Assembly (NCBI GenBank): GCA_963797095.1
Contig: CAWCNY010000001.1
Location: 352,001-416,000 of the forward strand
Length of the DNA stretch: 64,000 nucleotides
Source: an uncultured Chloroflexia bacterium
Lineage (GTDB): Bacteria; Chloroflexota; Chloroflexia; QHBQ01; JADMIH01
Direction of reading: 5' to 3'
Part shown: positions 20,801 to 33,010 of the stretch, in pieces
Numbering within the stretch: position 1 is the first letter of the stretch
How the letters are laid out: every line of letters begins with the position of its first letter
Program-made: the position numbers and the translations under genes
The notes under the pieces: generated by a model
What the model was told of the DNA's origin: nothing
The model's database searches: none
The model's input: the letters and a program-made list of their open reading frames with translations, nothing else

Positions 20801-22003
20801 TAGTGCATAATCAAGCAGTCTTTTGTTCAATATGATCAAGATGTTCACAACCAAAGTAACCACAAACTCGCCCAGCCACTTCGTGGGCAGCCAGGGTGCG
20901 GGTCGGTTCGACTATCGCCCGCTTTCCATGGACCCATCTCGGCTCTATCGGGTTGAGCCAGGGACTCTTGGACGGCAGCCAGCAGGGAATTATCTGCACA
21001 CCTCTCTCTCCTCCACCTCCTCGCCGCCCTGCCAGCACCCCACGGTTGTGCTCCCCCAGCCATTCCCTCACTTCTCTGCTTACATGCCAACTCGCGTTAT
21101 CCCATACCATCACCAACACCCGCTTCCCTTCAGCACTCAATACCTCGCACACCCACTCCAGATAAGTGATGGTAACAGAGCTTACTGGACGCCCATCAAC
21201 GAAGCGCAGCATCACCTTATGCGTGTCGTCTCGCAAAAGGCCATAGCAACACAACGCCTTGGGGTCTTTGTCTTGCTTGCTCAGGCTCTTCTCCACCAAC
21301 CGCAATGGCGCCTTCTCCTCACTCCAACTGTGCATGGCCGGTTGGGAGAGACGGCTCCACCATACCTCATCCTGAAAGCCCACCACCCAACCCTCCTGCG
21401 CACGCTCAATTGCTCTCTCAATCAGGGTGTCGCGTCGTATTTTTTCCTGACATACTCCGGATCAGGGGAGGTAATCCAATTCTTGGCTCGCCGCCAGCCC
21501 ACTCCCAGCCGCCGCAGGGCCATTCGCACCGTCTCATCGCTCACCAATCGTTCAGTCAATCCGCTCTGCAAGCAGACGTCTGCGGCAATCTCCAATGTCC
21601 ACACTGAGGTCTCCTTGCCAAAATCACGCGGACTTGTGTGCAACAGCGCCTTCAACTCTTCGCACTTATGCTCATCAAAGATAGGGTGTGTCTGAATGGG
21701 ACCCATTGGCTTTGGTCGTAGGCAAGCTTCTCCCTGGGCATGGTATGCTCTTATGGTGTTACGCACTGTTTGCACAGCACACCCCAGGTTGTGGGCAATG
21801 AGTGATGGCCGTTCTCCTCGGGAGGAGGCGAGCAGTATCTGGCTACGCCGTAAGGTAAAAGCATCTGAACAACGTAGTCCCCTCTCCAGGGCTGCTCGTT
21901 CTTCGTCGGATAGTTCCCCAACAAACATAGGTGGTCTTCTCATACCCACCATTATCTCATATTCATTCATGCTTTGTACAATATACTTCTTGGAATGGCA
22001 CTA
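20801..22003 (-). mobile_element. IS630-family insertion sequence (two overlapping ORFs)
   Basis: TIRs TAGTGCATAATCAAGCAGT vs TAGTGCCATTCCAAGAAGT, TA at both ends; HTH ORF 21422-21970; DDE ORF 20811-21386 (QDE, WDNASWH, SPWLNPIEPRW); A6 run at ORF junction. Confidence 0.95.
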
Positions 22004-22004
22004 G

Positions 22005-23600
22005 GAAGCAACCAGGGAGACAATGCTCATCTCCTGGCTGTCTGAGGACCCGAAGCCGCCTGAGCCCTGGTACTTGGTATCCGGGTAGTTCATCAGTCGG
22101 AAAGACGCGACAGGTAAGGGATGGTAAGAGAATGGGTAAGCGGTATATCGTGGGTGAGCCAACCACAACTAAACCTAAGCAGTTTTGGGACTCACATTTG
22201 AAGTGCCAAATACCACCGATTATGGTCGACGGGTAGGCGTCGCCTAAAAAGGTGCCAACTGATATGATCCAGATTGGAGAGGACTGGATTGTACCAACCT
22301 ATAAGCGAGCGATAATACGGGGCAAGTCCTGCATATGCGCTGCTGTGTCGTCTACAAGAGCTACAGCCTTTTCATTGTCACCCTCTTTCCACATGCCTAC
22401 TTGGCGGAAATAAGCTTCGCTCTCCGCAGCCATCCCTGAGTACCATATCGCGTGGAGACCTGCCTCCTTTACCGGGCGGATATCGCTTTCAAACTGGTCG
22501 CCCATTCGATACACTACAATCATGTGACTCTTTCCAGAAACAACCAGCGCAGTCTGACCACTCGATATTGGGTTCATTGTCAATCTGCAAGTCCCGAATC
22601 CATGAGTTTTGAGCAAGTACCGTCTGCACGCTCTGGACAACCTTATTAGGTGTAATCTTATTCGGGTCGGTCATGGACAATGAGTCTGGCTTGAAAGTCG
22701 GATCCAATCTTACCACGACTCGCACACCTTTCTGTTCTACGAGATACTTCATTGCCTCAGCAACATTATCGCCCCAGGCCCCGCTTGTAGGCACAATGTG
22801 CCGAGAAAGATCCGAAGCAAGAACAATTACGGAGCCAAAATACGGCTGATCATGATCAGCGCCCAGCGCATCAATTGCCCTACGCTGATTTATCGCAGTA
22901 ATTGATGGCATAGGAGTCAAAGGAGGAAGTCCAAGCCATCCGTCACCGTTGACTGCATGAATTCCCTTGTATAGAGGTGGTGCAGTGTTAACCCCTGCAC
23001 CTACCGGCGAGGGCGTTTTCGTTGGCTTCGGTGTTGGCGACGGATGTGCTGGTTGGGATCTGCTTCGAGATCTTGCATCGGCGAGGGAGCACGATAGGCA
23101 ACCAAGCACTATACTATTACCACGGGTTCCGGGCTGTACAGACGAATTACTTTGTACACCAGTCTGTGAAAGACTACCACCGGGCTCGAGCCCTGCAAAC
23201 TCGTTTTCATAAACAATCAGGTCGCCATCGATGACTGCATTACGCTGCATTCCCTGTTGTTCAATTAGTGGGAGCGGATCGAACGGCTGTTGGCTCAAGT
23301 CGGTATACCAAATGTCGAACGAGTTGGCTACAGGATCGTTATTGGTGCCAGCAGTCCAGACAAGGTTATTGCCATCTATCGAAGGAGCAAAGCCTCCACG
23401 CGACGATACTATCACACTTTGCCCATTTTCAAGATCAACCAAATGTATCGTACGGCCAATTAGGCCCGTCGGCACAATTTACAACGCTAAGACATGATTC
23501 TGGCTGCAGGACAATTACAGGAGTGCCTGATTGTCTGCAGGACAAAGCGCTACTCTTATATAATGTGCGGTAACCTCACCCGCTCATTGCAAGATCAGCA
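22005..23600 (-). pseudogene. Fragmented lower-GC extracellular protein (propeller-like region, PT linker, GH-A-like NEPN domain)
   Basis: ORFs 22489-23475 and 22299-22640; PSIDGN.LVW repeats, PSPTPKPTKTP linker, QIDNEPN motif; ends at IS630. Confidence 0.45.
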
Positions 23601-23670
23601 CGGCACGACCATTATTAGCGGAGAGGGAGATAGTGATCTGGTTTTGAATGGGCCCCCGTTATCGGCCTTA

Positions 23671-24177
23671 TCAGCGAACTTCACCTGCATCAGCAAGTAT
23701 TTGCTCATATAGGTCGGAGGCGATGAAGAAACCGAATTTGATCAGACCGTCAAGCTCAGGGCGCAGCGTATCCAATAGGCCCCGCCGTTTTGCGGCCAAG
23801 AGTACCCCCAATGTACCAATAACCGACAGGCCCAGCGACTGGGCGAGCCTGCGTGCTGGCCGGTCATCAAGGATAACCCACTGTGCGCCAATTTCAAGAC
23901 CAAGACTGATCGCCTCACTCTCACCCGACCCAAGTGATGAGCTGAGAATCTGTGCTCCGATGGGCTGCGTAAGTGCGCGCTCTATCACCCAGGTTGGCAG
24001 GGTCACCGTAGGGGCGGTTTCTCTGACGACAGCCGGTGGGACCAGTAGTGAAAGAAACAAGGCCCCCAACAGATCCAACTGGCCGATTTGTGCCAATCCA
24101 ATCAATGGACTGGAATTCGACACGACCAGTGCCGGGGTCACATCCGGGGTCACATCCGGGGTCACATCGGGAGTCAC
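23671..24177 (-). CDS. DUF3368 PIN-domain protein (putative toxin)
   Basis: VVSNSSPLI.LA.IG.LDLL, LG.GE.EAI.L, ILDDRPARR.A..LGL.VIGTLGVL; GTG start overlaps upstream stop. Confidence 0.9.
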   Translation of the reverse strand: MTPDVTPDVTPDVTPALVVSNSSPLIGLAQIGQLDLLGALFLSLLVPPAVVRETAPTVTLPTWVIERALTQPIGAQILSSSLGSGESEAISLGLEIGAQWVILDDRPARRLAQSLGLSVIGTLGVLLAAKRRGLLDTLRPELDGLIKFGFFIASDLYEQILADAGEVR

Positions 24178-24434
24178 AAAGCTTCGCTCCGCGCACGTTC
24201 CGCTGCCCACTCATCTTGCGTCAGCGTGAAGTAGGGGATGCCCAAGCGCGAGGCGTAGTGGATCAACTCCCAGCGGCCCATACCTAGTAATTCGGCAGCC
24301 TTGCCACTGGAGACAACGCCGCGCCTGTACAGTTCCAACACGATCAATTCACGTGCTGACTGCTGCACGGGCTGATTGAACTGATGGAGCAATGCGACGA
24401 GATCTTCTTGCAGTTCGATGTTGATATTAGTCAT
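24174..24434 (-). CDS. UPF0175 family protein (putative antitoxin)
   Basis: LELYRRGVVSSGKAAELLGM.RWE motif; coupled to DUF3368 gene. Confidence 0.9.
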   Translation of the reverse strand: MTNINIELQEDLVALLHQFNQPVQQSARELIVLELYRRGVVSSGKAAELLGMGRWELIHYASRLGIPYFTLTQDEWAAERARSEAL

Positions 24435-24840
24435 CCCCTATACCCCTACTTCCCGCTACACTCCTACCAAATAAGCACTGTTACTCATATTAGGTCTAAA
24501 GTTGCTCGGCCGCTCGGCTCTAGCTTGGAGCTTCTTCATGGTTTGTGCTACGCTTGCGTAATTATACCATGGTATCCATGGATGCCATGCCTGTGCTGAG
24601 GAGGAACGTCATCCAGGCGTTAGCCTCGGTCACGCCGCCTCCTGCTTGTCGATAATCCACATATCTTCACTGCAGCGCGCCGATGTGCTATACTCGCCCG
24701 CACCGGTTCATTGGCTGTCTCCCGTGTCCAAGATAATACATGTTATCCTAGACATCACCCGAGATTCACCGGGATAATGAGCGCGTCTACCGGCGCTCTC
24801 CACCAGCACTAAACTGAGATTATCTTGGACATCCCGGAAT

Positions 24841-25462
24841 ATGGAGGTTGTGCTTATAGACTGGACCGAGCTTATGGATGCTTTTCTTTCTGCCAAGCAC
24901 TTGACCCTGGCTCCCAACACCCGCCGCGCCTATCGCTATGACCTGCAGGCCTGCGCGCACTTGCTGGACGATGTTCCCATCTCCGAGATCACCGTCACCC
25001 ACCTACGATTCCCCCTTGACGCCTCCCTCGACCTAGCCCCGACTACTCTGGCCCGCCGCAAAGCTGCCTTGCATTCCTGTTTCAGTTGGGCTTACCAGCA
25101 GAATCTGCTCCCCGCAGACCCAACAGCCAAGCTCGAAGCTATCTCCATTGGGGAGCGTGACCCGCGTCCACTCACCGAGAAGCAGGTTGAGGCAATTCTT
25201 GCCGCTATCCCCCGCCACGACTTGCGCAATCGCCTGCTGCTGACATTGTTGTATGAAACCGGTATGCGCGTCGGCGAGGCGTTGGGTTTGCAGGTGCAGC
25301 AGGTGCATCTCAACGACCTTGACGGCGGCTACCTGCGCGTTGTCGGCAAGGGTAACAAGGAACGGGTTATCCCGCAAGCTGCGTGACGGGGTTAGCTTGC
25401 CCTCGGTGCGTAAGCTGCTGGGCCACAAGAACATACAGACAACGTTGCGCTATACCGAGGTT
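24841..25462 (+). pseudogene. XerC/D-like tyrosine recombinase with internal deletion
   Basis: NTRRAYRYDL, LLYETGMRVGE, GKGNKER.IP jumps out of frame to VRKLLGHKNIQTTLRYT; the HxxR box is missing. Confidence 0.85.
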
Positions 25463-25519
25463 CCAACTGGGGGAATCTGCAATCGAACAAGGGACTCGCT
25501 GAAGGCCCAGGTGTAGCGG

Positions 25520-26091
25520 TCAGCAGTAATCCAACGCTTCCACAACTGTTCGTCAGCGACTTTGATCGACTACTTTATTGGGATAACCCTACAACTGCTG
25601 GGGGTGCGCTCAACCTTGCCAATGGACAGGAGGGAACTCCTGTTGCCGGCACTTCTGGCACCATATTACACATGAAAGCAACTCGGAACTACCTGTACGT
25701 AACGTCCCAAAGCGGTGATAATCGGGTTAATGTTTATCACTTACCGCTGAACGCCACTGCTACCCCTGTTGCGAGCTTTCGCTACCCCTACGATTTCTAC
25801 ACTGTCAATGGCGTCCAACTGGGGCATTACAGTAACTACAGCACTCGCGGTGCGTCACTCTTCATAGCGCCTACGAGCGATGATCAGTATCTTTGGGTCG
25901 GCGTAACTGACGACAGCCGCATATTCCGCGTTCGCAATCCATTAGGCGTTACGCCCACGGGTACGGTGACGGCTACTCCTGACCCGTACCAGGGAAAAGT
26001 AGACATTATTTTAGGGCAAGAGGACCTATACAATTATGGGTGCAACGCTCAAAAGGTAACAGCGCACCTATACCTTCCAGACGATATCTGA
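25520..26091 (+). pseudogene. Fragment of NHL/propeller-like extracellular protein
   Basis: LYVT...DNRVNVY, LWVGVTDDSRIFRV, VDIILGQ; no clear N-terminus. Confidence 0.4.
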
Positions 26092-26314
26092 CTCGACCTG
26101 CTACATCGGTCACTGTCCTCAGCACGTTGTCCTGGTAACTGAGCGTGGTTGTGTAGTTATTGCGGTCCACGATCTGATACAGTCTGAAGACATTCGGATC
26201 TCCAACAGACTGGAAGTAGTACTGATCCTGACTGTGGCTGGGCGTGAAGGTAAAGATGCCATTGCTTTCGGTTAGTGTAGCCATCACAGGCGGTAACAGC
26301 ACGTCCAGGATCAC
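26088..26314 (-). pseudogene. YD/RHS-repeat protein fragment
   Basis: RLYQIVDRNNYTTTLSYQDNVLRTVTDVAGR resembles a YD repeat. Confidence 0.55.
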
Positions 26315-26488
26315 TCACACCACATACGATAGCACATTCCACGCTCTGCCCTGCTATTGCTGATATACCCTATGCATTTCATGTCATTCTGGAATACATA
26401 TCCCATCAGCTACAAACACCCCTCAAAACAAGATAATCCACCAAGTCTGCTTACTCGAATTAGTTTACCGGCGGCATCAAAATAGGAA

Positions 26489-26954
26489 CTAGGCAGCCCT
26501 CGAGCAGCTGGATGCTGCGCCCTTGCTGCCCTTGCGGTGGATGCGCACATTCGCCAGCCTTCGCTCCTGGCTGGCCCAATCGGCCTTGTACGGCTCTTCG
26601 CCCCTGAGGAAGTCGTACTCACGCATTCCCATGTCGAAAGCGTCGCGGAATGTCTCGCCTATCAGCACCAGCCCCACGCTCAGCTCGTGCCATTAGGGGT
26701 CTCTGCCCGTCAGGTAGCAGATCATTTTGCCACCGTGCGCCAGCGCATAAAACCAAGGATAGAGCCACCCCACGACAGAAATACCCCTAAATCGCTCTCA
26801 TCATGCAGTGGCTCCCACTCGCCCCGTAGCGCCTCGAATTCTTCCACTCTGCTTATCACCTCGCCCGATGCGTATCCCACGCGAGGGGCGATCAGAACTC
26901 CACCTCGTCCGTGAGGAGCGGCAGCATATCAAGCTCGCGCTGAACAGTGAGCAT
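26489..26954 (-). pseudogene. CelD/BcsL-like GNAT acetyltransferase, internally deleted
   Basis: EEFEALRGEW N-terminal piece fused to SVGLVL...EYDFLRGEEPYKADW; internal stops. Confidence 0.8.
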
Positions 26955-26956
26955 AG

Positions 26957-27910
26957 CTAAGGTGTGCGTCCTTCCGTGGGCAAAGCACGCCGCTGCCTGT
27001 GTAGCAAACTCATAGCGCGCCTACCGAGCGCCGAGCGCAGCACCAGGCCCGCTTTGTTGCGGGTCTCGTAAGTTGGGTCGAGCAGGGCAGCCATAAACGC
27101 TATGCCGAAAGCCTTCCAACGCTGCCCACCCGAAGGACTGTCGGCCAACGCTGCCGCCGTGTAGTAGAGGTTCATACTTTGCGCAGCCAGCAGCAAGCGC
27201 GCACGCTCCAACGGGTTTTTGATGCGCTGGATGTAGCGGCGTTGCATCTGCCTGTTGGACTTATACCGCTCGCCCATCTTGCCCGCCGTCAGGCTTGTTG
27301 CGTGCCGCGTGAAAAGGATCAGCGGCTTATCGACAACTCCGATTGGAAATCGCCTGGCGATCCGAATCCACATATCCCAGTCCTGCCCAAGCGGCATATC
27401 CTCGTCAAACATACCCACAGTGTCGAAGCATTCCCGCCGGACCAGAGTCAATGAAGGGTTGCCCACTGTATTCTCAATCAGGATCTGCGGGTAGATGTTC
27501 TCGGAGCTGATCGAGGGGCGGCGCAACAGATAAGGAGCCTGTCCCTTCTCAAATACCTGCCATTCGCTCCCACTGACTAATCCCACGCCGGGATATCGCT
27601 CTATATGCGCCAACTGCAACTCGATCTTGTCGGGCAGCCAGCGGTCATCGCCATCGAGAAAGGCTATCAACTCGCCTGAGGTCTCGCGGATACCGGTGTT
27701 GCGGGCAGCACCCGCCCCGCTATTGGGCTGGTAGACATACCCCACACCCCGTCCCTCGAACGAAGCAACCACCTCGCGCGTATCATCGGAAGAACCATCG
27801 TCCACCACCACGACCTCGTCAGGCACGCGCGTCTGGCCCAACACGCTCTCAATGGCCGCAGGCAAGAAGCGGGCGTAATTATAGCCGGTAATAACAGCAC
27901 TAATCTTCAT
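26957..27910 (-). CDS. GT2 glycosyltransferase
   Basis: YNYARFL..AIESVL.QT, VVVDDGSSD, ARNTG, IAFLDGDDRW, QDWDMW. Confidence 0.95.
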   Translation of the reverse strand: MKISAVITGYNYARFLPAAIESVLGQTRVPDEVVVVDDGSSDDTREVVASFEGRGVGYVYQPNSGAGAARNTGIRETSGELIAFLDGDDRWLPDKIELQLAHIERYPGVGLVSGSEWQVFEKGQAPYLLRRPSISSENIYPQILIENTVGNPSLTLVRRECFDTVGMFDEDMPLGQDWDMWIRIARRFPIGVVDKPLILFTRHATSLTAGKMGERYKSNRQMQRRYIQRIKNPLERARLLLAAQSMNLYYTAAALADSPSGGQRWKAFGIAFMAALLDPTYETRNKAGLVLRSALGRRAMSLLHRQRRALPTEGRTP

Positions 27911-27914
27911 GGGC

Positions 27915-28003
27915 GTGACGAGTGAGGAGTGACGAGTGAGGAGTGAATAGGCAATACGCAGTAGCTCAGGTCTCCCCTTCCACTCGCCACTCGTCACTCG
28001 TCA
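27915..28003. repeat. Inverted arrays of 7-bp repeats (GTGACGA / TCGTCAC type)
   Basis: GTGACGAGTGAGGAGTGACGAGTGAGGAGTGA faces CACTCGCCACTCGTCACTCGTCA. Confidence 0.75.
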
Positions 28004-28006
28004 GTT

Positions 28007-29626
28007 TCACGTCCCTCCAAGCCTTAGCACAACGGCAACCGTGCGAAGCAGAATCAGCAGGTCAAGGTACAGCAACTCGTTCTTGATATAGTACAGGTCG
28101 TACTCTACCTTGCGCAAGGCATCGAGCATGGTATTGCCGTATCCGTGGCTTATCTGCGCCCACCCGGTGAGGCCGGGACGCACCGCTCTCCTTGCCCTGT
28201 AGAACGGTATCTCGCGCTCAAGCTTCTCGTCGAACTCGGGCCGTTCGGGCCTTGGCCCCACGAAGCTCATGTCGCCTATCAGCACATTCCACAACTGCGG
28301 AATCTCGTCCAGCCTGCTCTTGCGCAGGAACCTTCCTACGCGGGTGATGCGCGGATCGTGGTCGATGGCCCACACCGCGCCTGTGCTTGCCTCGGCATCC
28401 TGGCGCATCGTGCGGAACTTCACGATCTTGAAGCTCTTGCCGCCCCTGCCCACCCGCGTCTGCCTGAAGAAGACCGGGCCAGGCGAATCGAGCTTGATGG
28501 CGAGAGCCACCAGCGGCATCACAGGCGTGGTGAGCGCCAGCCCCACCAGCGCCATCCCGAAGTCCCAGGCGCGCTTGACCATCATGTAAGTGCGCCCGTT
28601 CTTCTTCACGTGAGCCGGTAGCGCCACATACCAATCGTCGCCAAGGTGCGACACCGGCACGCGGCCGGTCAGGTCCTGGTAGAGCGCGAACATGGGCGTG
28701 ATCTGCACCCCCTGCTCGTGGAGTAGCGACAACGTTCTCAGGAGTTGCGGTGTCTGGGTCGGGTTGGCAAGCACGACCTGGTCCAGCCCCTGGTTGTTAT
28801 GGATCGGCAACAGCTCGGAGGTGGGCCATACCAGCGCGGCATGAGTGTCCGCCGGTCTACCGTCGTGCGTCGGCCACTCCAGCACACGATGGAGATCGTT
28901 CATGTCATCAAAGTAGCCCAGGAATTCATATGTTTTGCCGTCATAGCGCGCCAGCGCGTCCGCCATCTCAAAGCCGTCACGGTTGGCACCTATTACCACC
29001 ACCTTGCGGCGCATAGGTGCGCGAGTAAGGATCGCCGATACGGCGACGCGCGCCAGCACCAAAGGAATGGAAAGCATGATAGCCTGAAGCGTTTCGCTGA
29101 TGCGTGGGCGCAATACGGGCAGCAACCCTCCTGCCAACCAGGCCAGCAGCGTGTAAGCTACAATGGTCAAAACGAGCACTTTGACCGCGGTGTAGCCGCT
29201 CCGAAAGCTGCTTTGCATGACGGGTATCTTGTAGGCATCGAACGCGTCCGCGAAGAAGAACCACAGCACCGCGATAATACCCAGACTGATACCCATGTTC
29301 AGGGGTTGGTAATTGCGCTCGGAAAGGGTCAGGATGATAAGCCCGCCGCCCATCACCACCATCCAATCGCACAACGCCTGCATGAACTTACGCTCACCCA
29401 GGCCCAGAGCTGGCATACGCGAGGAGCGTGGCGGTTGCGCACCCGCCTCGTCCACCAAAGGAAGGACAGGAATTGAAACCGCGTTGTGGGCAGCAGGGGG
29501 CGGGGACGTGGTTACAGTACGCGTAGGGCGTGGGAGCATCTGCTCGCGCGAATGTGTGGTTGTAATTCGTAGTCCAAGCACGGACGCGAGCGTGCCCTTA
29601 CGTTTGACGTCAGGTAGCTGAGCCAT
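28007..29626 (-). CDS. Priming sugar transferase (WcaJ/WbaP-like polyprenyl glycosylphosphotransferase)
   Basis: TM helices; KR..D, DSPGPVFF.Q.RVG..G..F...KFRTM, DPRITRVGRFLRK.RLDEIPQL.NV..GDMS.VGPRPE, PGLTGWAQ. Confidence 0.95.
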   Translation of the reverse strand: MAQLPDVKRKGTLASVLGLRITTTHSREQMLPRPTRTVTTSPPPAAHNAVSIPVLPLVDEAGAQPPRSSRMPALGLGERKFMQALCDWMVVMGGGLIILTLSERNYQPLNMGISLGIIAVLWFFFADAFDAYKIPVMQSSFRSGYTAVKVLVLTIVAYTLLAWLAGGLLPVLRPRISETLQAIMLSIPLVLARVAVSAILTRAPMRRKVVVIGANRDGFEMADALARYDGKTYEFLGYFDDMNDLHRVLEWPTHDGRPADTHAALVWPTSELLPIHNNQGLDQVVLANPTQTPQLLRTLSLLHEQGVQITPMFALYQDLTGRVPVSHLGDDWYVALPAHVKKNGRTYMMVKRAWDFGMALVGLALTTPVMPLVALAIKLDSPGPVFFRQTRVGRGGKSFKIVKFRTMRQDAEASTGAVWAIDHDPRITRVGRFLRKSRLDEIPQLWNVLIGDMSFVGPRPERPEFDEKLEREIPFYRARRAVRPGLTGWAQISHGYGNTMLDALRKVEYDLYYIKNELLYLDLLILLRTVAVVLRLGGT

Positions 29627-29983
29627 GAGTGCGACCAGATTTCCTTCCGGGGGGACCTATCCCGCGCCTGGGGACGGGCTTGCTAGAGGCGTGATAATGT
29701 TGCGGCACGCTCTCGGCAGATAGCGACTCTCGTGCAAAGTACTAATACTGCGCATCTATATAGTAGCTTAAGAGGCACGCCAGGGTCATCACCCAAAAGG
29801 ATTAGTTGTGTGGTAAGGCGCAATTAGGCATAGATTAGCGCGTCCCCCGCGCAGTACAGGGCGCGGCACAGTATAGCACAGATGGGCAGAAACCGGTGTT
29901 TGCTTAGCGTCTTGCTTGTATCTATAATTGGGCATATTGCGGGTCACCCCAATCTTCGGTCGGAATCTCATCAGGTCGGGCAG

Positions 29984-32900
29984 ATGCTAAACCCCGTATA
30001 CAGGCGATCGGCCTTCATTGGGCGAATACATGAACTCAGTCTGACCCTGGATCAGTATCAAGCTACGCTGTCCGGACATGCTCATGTCGTGCTGCTCGCG
30101 GGCGATCCGGGCATCGGCAAGACACGCTTGATGGAGGAAGTTGCGGCCCAGACCTCGGCGCGGGGAGCAATTGTGCTGCGCGGCGGGGCTTCGGAGGCCG
30201 AGGGTATGCCCCCCTATTTACCCTTCCTGGAAGCCCTCGGTTCATATATCCGTGAAGCTCCACCGGACCTGCTTCGCGCCCAGGTCGAAGCTTCGGCTCC
30301 CACCCTGGTTGCCATACTGCCTGAGCTAATTACGCGCCTCGGCGCGCCCGCTGCAAGCTATTCGCTGCCTCCGGAGCAGGCACGCCTGCGGCTGTACGAG
30401 GCTGTAGGAGAATTCCTGGCAAATATCAGCGCGCGCCGGCCATTGGTGTTGCTGTTGGATGACTTGCAATGGGCTGATGCCTCCAGCCTTGACCTGCTCT
30501 GCTACGTGGTGCGACGCCAGGCAGGTGCGCGGCTCCTTGTGCTGGGCAGTTACAGAGAGGACGAGGCCGAGCAGAATCAGGCGCTTGTTCGCGCGATAAC
30601 AGAGCTTAACCGCCAGCGATGCTTTACCTCGATTGGTATGCATGGATTCGAGGCAAAGGATATCGCCACGCTGGCCGAGTCGTACCTGGGTGCTCCCCTC
30701 GATACCACCGCCGGTCTTACGCTAATTGCGCAGAGCGAAGGCAATCCCTTTTTCGCTGAGGAACTGCTTCATGATTGGGTCGGATCGGGCTTGCTCAAGC
30801 AAGGTGAGGATGCGTGGCATCTGGTCGAGGGCCAGGAGGAAAGCCTGCCTACAAGCATAGCCAGGACAATCCGGCAACGCCTTTCACGACAGCCGCCCGG
30901 GGTGGTCGATCATCTACGCACGGCCTCCATTATCGGGCGGAATTTCGAGGTAGAGTTCCTGGCGGATATCGAGGGAACAGACGTAGAAGTGGTGGAGGGG
31001 CATCTCAGGTTGGCCGCGCAGGCCCACCTGATCCGGCAAAGTGGGGTCGGAACCTACTCATTCAGCCACGACAAGATACGTGAATGCCTCTATTTGGAGG
31101 TAAACTCCACCCGCTCCACACGCTTACATGGCATCATTGGGAAAGCGCTGGAATCTCAATACCAGGGGGACGAAGCGCCACATCCGCCACGCACCCGGAA
31201 AGAGGAAGCCCAACAACTGGCGGACCTCGCCTTTCACTTCGCGCGCAGCGGCGACCGCCGCAAAGGAGTTTATTACTCACAGCGAGCCGCTGAGGAAGCG
31301 TTGCAGGCGTACGCGCCGCACGCCTCGATTGCACACTACCGAACTGCGCTTGGCCTTGTTGCTGCGGGCGACCCCAGGCGAGGCGCTTTACTGCTGGGAT
31401 TGGGCGATGCCGAGCTACTGGCCGATGCCGACCAGGATGCGGTTGAGACCTTCACGGAAGCCAAGGCCCTGTTCCTTACCTCCGGGGACCCCTTAGCTGC
31501 CGCTCGCGCGGCCCACATGGAAGGGAGGGCCTGGTGGAGGCTAGAGGTGCCTGCGCATAAGGCCCTGACAGCGTTCAAGGAGAGCCTGGCATTGCTCGAC
31601 AGTCTGAAAGATAAGGCGGCGATTCCTGAAACTGTGCTCACCCTGGCAGACCTGAGCAGCAGGCTGGTGATCAACCTGAACAAGTATGAGGAAGGCCTGC
31701 AATATGCTCAGCAGGCGCTCCAGATGGCGCGTGAAATGGGCGACAGCCGCCTTGAGGCCTCGGCGGGGCGCACGTTGGGGAATTTGCTGGCTCGCAGAGC
31801 CGCTATCGGCGCGGGCATTCCACTACTTGAGAGATCGCTTGAGCTGGCGGTCGTTGCAGATGATCCCGTGGAGGCAGCCGAGTGTTGCGCCTGCCTGGCA
31901 AATGCCTACTATTGGTCGGGGAATCCGCTCCTCTCAATGGACTTCACAGAAAGACGGCTCGGATTCGCTGAGCAGTCAAAAGACCCCTACCAGCTCCGGC
32001 ATATATACTCGTGGCTCAGCGCGATGCACCTCTTCCTGGGCGATTGGGCGGAGGCCGAGAGGATGATAGCCGAGGCACAGCCGGTGGTTGAACAGCTTGC
32101 CAGCCCCGAACCTCTGGCGTTCGCCAGTCACGTGCGTGGGGTGATCGCTTACGAATTAGGCCGATACGCCGAGGCAGAGGCTCGTCAAGAGGCGGCGGTA
32201 GCCATTCTTCGGCAGATGGGTCGTGGCACTTTGGTATGGTATCTCGCGCACCTGGGCATGGCGCAACTCGCACAGGGCAAGCGAGCAGAGGCTTTAGCTT
32301 GCGCGCAGGAAGTGGAAGGGTTGATTGCCACACAGCCGGAAGGTACAATACCTGTTATGTGTGCGCTTTGCACGCTGGCAATCATGGCCCTGGATATGGG
32401 AGATTACGAGCGGGCGGGCAGATATTATCCCCAGCTTCTACCTTTGCAGGGTCTGTATGACTGCTATCTGGTTGACCGCGTACTGGGCGAGATCGAGACC
32501 GCAACAGGCGATCATAATTCGGCGGCACGGCATCTCAAGCTGGCGGAATCCACCGCCCGAAGTAATCAACTCGCACTGGAGCTTGCTAACATCCTGCTTG
32601 CCCAGGCAAAGCTTGCAATGGCGCGAGGGGGGCCAGATGCTACCCTTCAGGCGCGGACATTACTCGACCAGGCAATGGACCGGTGCAAGCACTTCAATCT
32701 GGCAGCCGTGGCGAGCCGGGTAACTTTGTTGCTTGACTCGTTGTCCAAAGCGCCACATGGCCCAGGGGGACATCAGCCACCAGCTTACGAGGCATTGCCT
32801 GCGGGATTGAGCAAGCGCGAGGCCGAGGTGCTCAGGCTTGTAGCCGCGGGTAAAAGCAACCGCGAGATCGCCGCCGTGCTCTTCCTCAGCGAGAAGACCG

Positions 32901-32992
32901 TCGCGAACCACCTTGCCAACATCCTCAGCAAGACCGGCACCGAGAATCGTGCCGCCGCAGCCGCTTTCGCCATACGTCATGGCCTTGCTTGA
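29984..32992 (+). CDS. LAL-type regulator (AAA ATPase + TPR + LuxR HTH)
   Basis: [54 protein letters not shown]. Confidence 0.95.
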   Translation: MLNPVYRRSAFIGRIHELSLTLDQYQATLSGHAHVVLLAGDPGIGKTRLMEEVAAQTSARGAIVLRGGASEAEGMPPYLPFLEALGSYIREAPPDLLRAQVEASAPTLVAILPELITRLGAPAASYSLPPEQARLRLYEAVGEFLANISARRPLVLLLDDLQWADASSLDLLCYVVRRQAGARLLVLGSYREDEAEQNQALVRAITELNRQRCFTSIGMHGFEAKDIATLAESYLGAPLDTTAGLTLIAQSEGNPFFAEELLHDWVGSGLLKQGEDAWHLVEGQEESLPTSIARTIRQRLSRQPPGVVDHLRTASIIGRNFEVEFLADIEGTDVEVVEGHLRLAAQAHLIRQSGVGTYSFSHDKIRECLYLEVNSTRSTRLHGIIGKALESQYQGDEAPHPPRTRKEEAQQLADLAFHFARSGDRRKGVYYSQRAAEEALQAYAPHASIAHYRTALGLVAAGDPRRGALLLGLGDAELLADADQDAVETFTEAKALFLTSGDPLAAARAAHMEGRAWWRLEVPAHKALTAFKESLALLDSLKDKAAIPETVLTLADLSSRLVINLNKYEEGLQYAQQALQMAREMGDSRLEASAGRTLGNLLARRAAIGAGIPLLERSLELAVVADDPVEAAECCACLANAYYWSGNPLLSMDFTERRLGFAEQSKDPYQLRHIYSWLSAMHLFLGDWAEAERMIAEAQPVVEQLASPEPLAFASHVRGVIAYELGRYAEAEARQEAAVAILRQMGRGTLVWYLAHLGMAQLAQGKRAEALACAQEVEGLIATQPEGTIPVMCALCTLAIMALDMGDYERAGRYYPQLLPLQGLYDCYLVDRVLGEIETATGDHNSAARHLKLAESTARSNQLALELANILLAQAKLAMARGGPDATLQARTLLDQAMDRCKHFNLAAVASRVTLLLDSLSKAPHGPGGHQPPAYEALPAGLSKREAEVLRLVAAGKSNREIAAVLFLSEKTVANHLANILSKTGTENRAAAAAFAIRHGLA

Positions 32993-33010
32993 CTTCCCAC
33001 AACGCGCCAC

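Noticed and set aside
29984-32992. STAND proteins (also 56823-60320) as Avs-type anti-phage sensors
   Set aside because: Effector domains are DNA-binding HTHs (LuxR, SARP), not nuclease, TIR or SIR2.
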